Below are positions 61,635 through 64,000 of a DNA stretch of 64,000 nucleotides, one piece after another. The position numbers were made by a program, and so were the translations under genes. Source of the stretch: Candidatus Heimdallarchaeota archaeon (GTDB taxonomy: Archaea; Asgardarchaeota; Heimdallarchaeia; Heimdallarchaeales; Heimdallarchaeaceae); NCBI GenBank assembly GCA_019057815.1, contig JAHLWR010000002.1, positions 1 to 64,000 on the forward strand, given 5' to 3'. Every line of letters begins with the position of its first letter. The stretch's first letter is position 1. Below the pieces are notes generated by a model. It was not told the origin of the DNA, ran no database searches, and worked only from the letters and a program-made list of their open reading frames with translations.

Positions 61635-62978
61635 TCAACCACTTACTTCTCTAGATAGCGCTTTCCCCTCTTTTCCAGTTGTTTTCACAAAAAGCATAAA
61701 TATCAGAGCGATTGCTAGGAATACTATTGAATATAAAAAGAGATACTTAACTCCTATTAAATCCCATAGTGCACCAGCAATAACTGGAGAAAGAATTGCT
61801 GCAGTTGCTACGAAGAAATAATAAAGTCCAGTAAGTGTTCCTAGTTTTTTTGTTCCCGCCATTTCCCAAACAATTACAATGCTATTAACATTGATCATAG
61901 CCCAGAAAATACCTCCTAAGAACAACATCATCCCAACTATAATTATCTCCCAAGTCCATTTAAATGGTAAAAAGGTTATGAATTCTTGTAGTGCTGAATT
62001 TGGGAACAATGAGAGAAGTACGATTGGAATTAAAACAATTGAAAGTCCAATAATACCCATTAGTATTATTTTTCGCCGATTTATTTTCTTTGCCATCAAG
62101 CCTGCTGGAATAGCTGCTAAAATGAAAGTTAAGGAATATATTCCTAGTAACATAGAAGCATCAGCTTCAGCCATATTGAGGTGATAAGCAGCATAAGTAC
62201 TAAACCATGTTTCTAAGGCGTTAAATGCAAAAAACCATGATGAAATCGCCAAGAAAATGAAGAGAAGACTTTTATCTTTACTAGTAAAAAGCTCTTTTAT
62301 CGCTTCAAAAAGCTTAACTTTTTCCTTAACTTCAACATCAACGCGCTTTTTTGTTTCTTTAATAGTGAATATAAGAGCAACTAAACATAGAAGCATTATA
62401 ACAGACACAATCCAGAAGGACAAATTGGGGTTGACTTTGTAAACAGCAGACATAACGAAAAGACCAATTAAAGCTCCTACACCGCCCATGAGATTTATCA
62501 TAGCATTACCTCGACTTCTGAACTCTTTAGGTACTAAATCAGGCATTAAAGCTACTACAGGAGCTCGATAAAGCGCCATAGCAATGTTAAAACCACCGAT
62601 AGCCACAAGTAGTAAAATAAACATTTCTTGAAAAGTAGAAAGTAAGCCGAAGAAAATTGCTGCAATTGGAATGCCAATGATAATAAAAGGCATTCTTCGA
62701 CCCCATTTTGTCCAGATATTGTCACTAACGTTTCCCAACCATGGTTGAAGTGTAATTGCTGCGATATTGTCGAGCACCATTATGACTCCAATTACTGTTT
62801 TTTCTCCTTGGAAATTTAATAAATTATCTAAGTATCTCGGCACATAAATATTGAACATCGCCCATGTTATAGCTGTTGTAAAGAAACCCAAGCCTAAAAC
62901 AGCAGTAAAAACATAAGAGAAACTCTTCCCTTCTTGGGCATCTTTATAATTATTTTTCATTTTACTAAAGAATTGCAT
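61635..62978 (-). CDS. MFS transporter (sugar/GPH-like)
   Basis: 12 TM; 'SD..WTKWGRRMPF', 'ALMPD..P...RS'. Confidence 0.88.
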   Translation of the reverse strand: MQFFSKMKNNYKDAQEGKSFSYVFTAVLGLGFFTTAITWAMFNIYVPRYLDNLLNFQGEKTVIGVIMVLDNIAAITLQPWLGNVSDNIWTKWGRRMPFIIIGIPIAAIFFGLLSTFQEMFILLLVAIGGFNIAMALYRAPVVALMPDLVPKEFRSRGNAMINLMGGVGALIGLFVMSAVYKVNPNLSFWIVSVIMLLCLVALIFTIKETKKRVDVEVKEKVKLFEAIKELFTSKDKSLLFIFLAISSWFFAFNALETWFSTYAAYHLNMAEADASMLLGIYSLTFILAAIPAGLMAKKINRRKIILMGIIGLSIVLIPIVLLSLFPNSALQEFITFLPFKWTWEIIIVGMMLFLGGIFWAMINVNSIVIVWEMAGTKKLGTLTGLYYFFVATAAILSPVIAGALWDLIGVKYLFLYSIVFLAIALIFMLFVKTTGKEGKALSREVSG

Positions 62979-63086
62979 GCATATAAGGAATAGAAGAATT
63001 ATATATATTTTATTAATTTTTTTGATAGAAAAACGTTAAAATATTGGAAAAATGGATGAGAAGACATTTTTTTTGGGTACTGAGTT

Positions 63087-63119
63087 ATTGTTTCACTCAA
63101 CCTTTATAAATGAAACAAT
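63087..63119. promoter_or_regulatory. Inverted repeat enclosing a TATA box (putative operator)
   Basis: ATTGTTTCA-N15-TGAAACAAT with TTTATAAA at 63103-63110; third half-site at 63151-63159. Confidence 0.45.
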
Positions 63120-63197
63120 TCGTTGCAGTCAGTTCTTTTTAAAAAGACGCTTTGTTTCACCTAATTGAATATATCTACCCAAGTACTAAAACAAATT

Positions 63198-64000
63198 ATG
63201 AAGGTTCTATTATCTGGGGCATTTGGGAATGTTGGAGAAAGTACTCTTAAAGAGTTACTGAAGAAAGGTTATGATGTTAGATGTTTTGATTTAAAAAATC
63301 CTAGAAACGCAAGAATAAGGAATAAATTATCAAAACATGGAAAATTTGAAGTCATTTGGGGGGACATAAGAGAAAAAGAAACTGTTAACAATTTGGTTCA
63401 GGGTGTCGACTGCATAATTCACCTTGCAGCTATAATCCCACCTTTAGCGTATGAACGACCGAAACTAGCCTATGAAGTGAATGTTCAAGGAACAAAAAAT
63501 CTAATTAATGCTGCTGAAAAGATGGAAAATCCGCCTAAATTCATTTATTCCTCATCCATTGCAGTCCACGGCAATACAATGAATAAAAAACCACCCACGA
63601 AGATAGATGATGCACTTAAGCCATTAGATTATGATAACTATGCAAAGCACAAAATCGAGATAGAACAAACTCTATGGGCGAGTAGACTCCCTTGGATTAT
63701 TTTACGATTTGCTGCAATTACTCCCTTTGACATGAAGTGGGATGTTCCTGACATTATGTTTGAAATTCCTTTAAAGCAGAGGATAGAAATAGCTGATACT
63801 CGTGATGTAGGATTAGCTTGTTCTAATGCAGTAGAAGCCGATGTAGTTGGAAAAACGCTTTTTATTGGTGGAGGTAAAGGTAACCAATTATTGCAACGCG
63901 AGTATGTCTCCAAGATGTTAGATGTTATGGGAATTGGAATGCTACCTGAAGAAGCATTCAAACCCGTGAATGACTTTGATGACTTTTACCACTGTGATTG
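63198..64000 (+). CDS. NAD-dependent epimerase/dehydratase (extended SDR), 3' truncated
   Basis: Not in ORF track: 'MKVLLSGAFGNVG', 'IHLAA', 'VNVQGT.NL', 'YAKHK'. Confidence 0.9.
   Translation, partial: MKVLLSGAFGNVGESTLKELLKKGYDVRCFDLKNPRNARIRNKLSKHGKFEVIWGDIREKETVNNLVQGVDCIIHLAAIIPPLAYERPKLAYEVNVQGTKNLINAAEKMENPPKFIYSSSIAVHGNTMNKKPPTKIDDALKPLDYDNYAKHKIEIEQTLWASRLPWIILRFAAITPFDMKWDVPDIMFEIPLKQRIEIADTRDVGLACSNAVEADVVGKTLFIGGGKGNQLLQREYVSKMLDVMGIGMLPEEAFKPVNDFDDFYHCD

Noticed and set aside
63638-63961. 107-aa minus-strand ORF
   Set aside because: Antisense to the SDR gene starting at 63198.

Overview
AT-rich archaeal DNA that reads as an Asgard archaeon, probably Heimdallarchaeia. This is inferred from Arf- and Rab-like GTPases, eS25, a thermosome, a RadA paralogue, an EMC6/RAB5IF-like protein and a uDENN/longin-V4R protein. 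Bases ~1-10,750 are an accessory defence island. It holds a TPR gene end, a QatB/QatC(QueC-like)/QatD(TatD) module with no qatA and an in-frame TAG splitting qatB, a Schlafen/AlbA_2 protein, a NYN RNase, a YaaC-like gene, a HEPN gene and several gene remnants. A ~156-bp, ~93%-identical direct repeat brackets most of it. A ~100-nt tRNA-like cloverleaf lies directly upstream of the NYN gene. The remainder is mostly housekeeping: secernin-like peptidase, hisS, a 3-gene CoA-activase/dehydratase cassette between exact 26-bp direct repeats, thermosome, rps25e, fhs, fni, AMMECR1, Rqc2/RqcH, oppBCDF, gdhA with a PEP-synthase-like regulator, an MFS transporter and an SDR. There are two IS605-type tnpB remnants. 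Two double-guide box C/D sRNAs absent from the ORF track (12248-12320 minus, 34875-34939 plus) have guides complementary to the 16S 530 loop and to 23S helices 69/71. No rRNA, tRNA or CRISPR array was seen. All family calls come from motif recognition by eye, not database searches.
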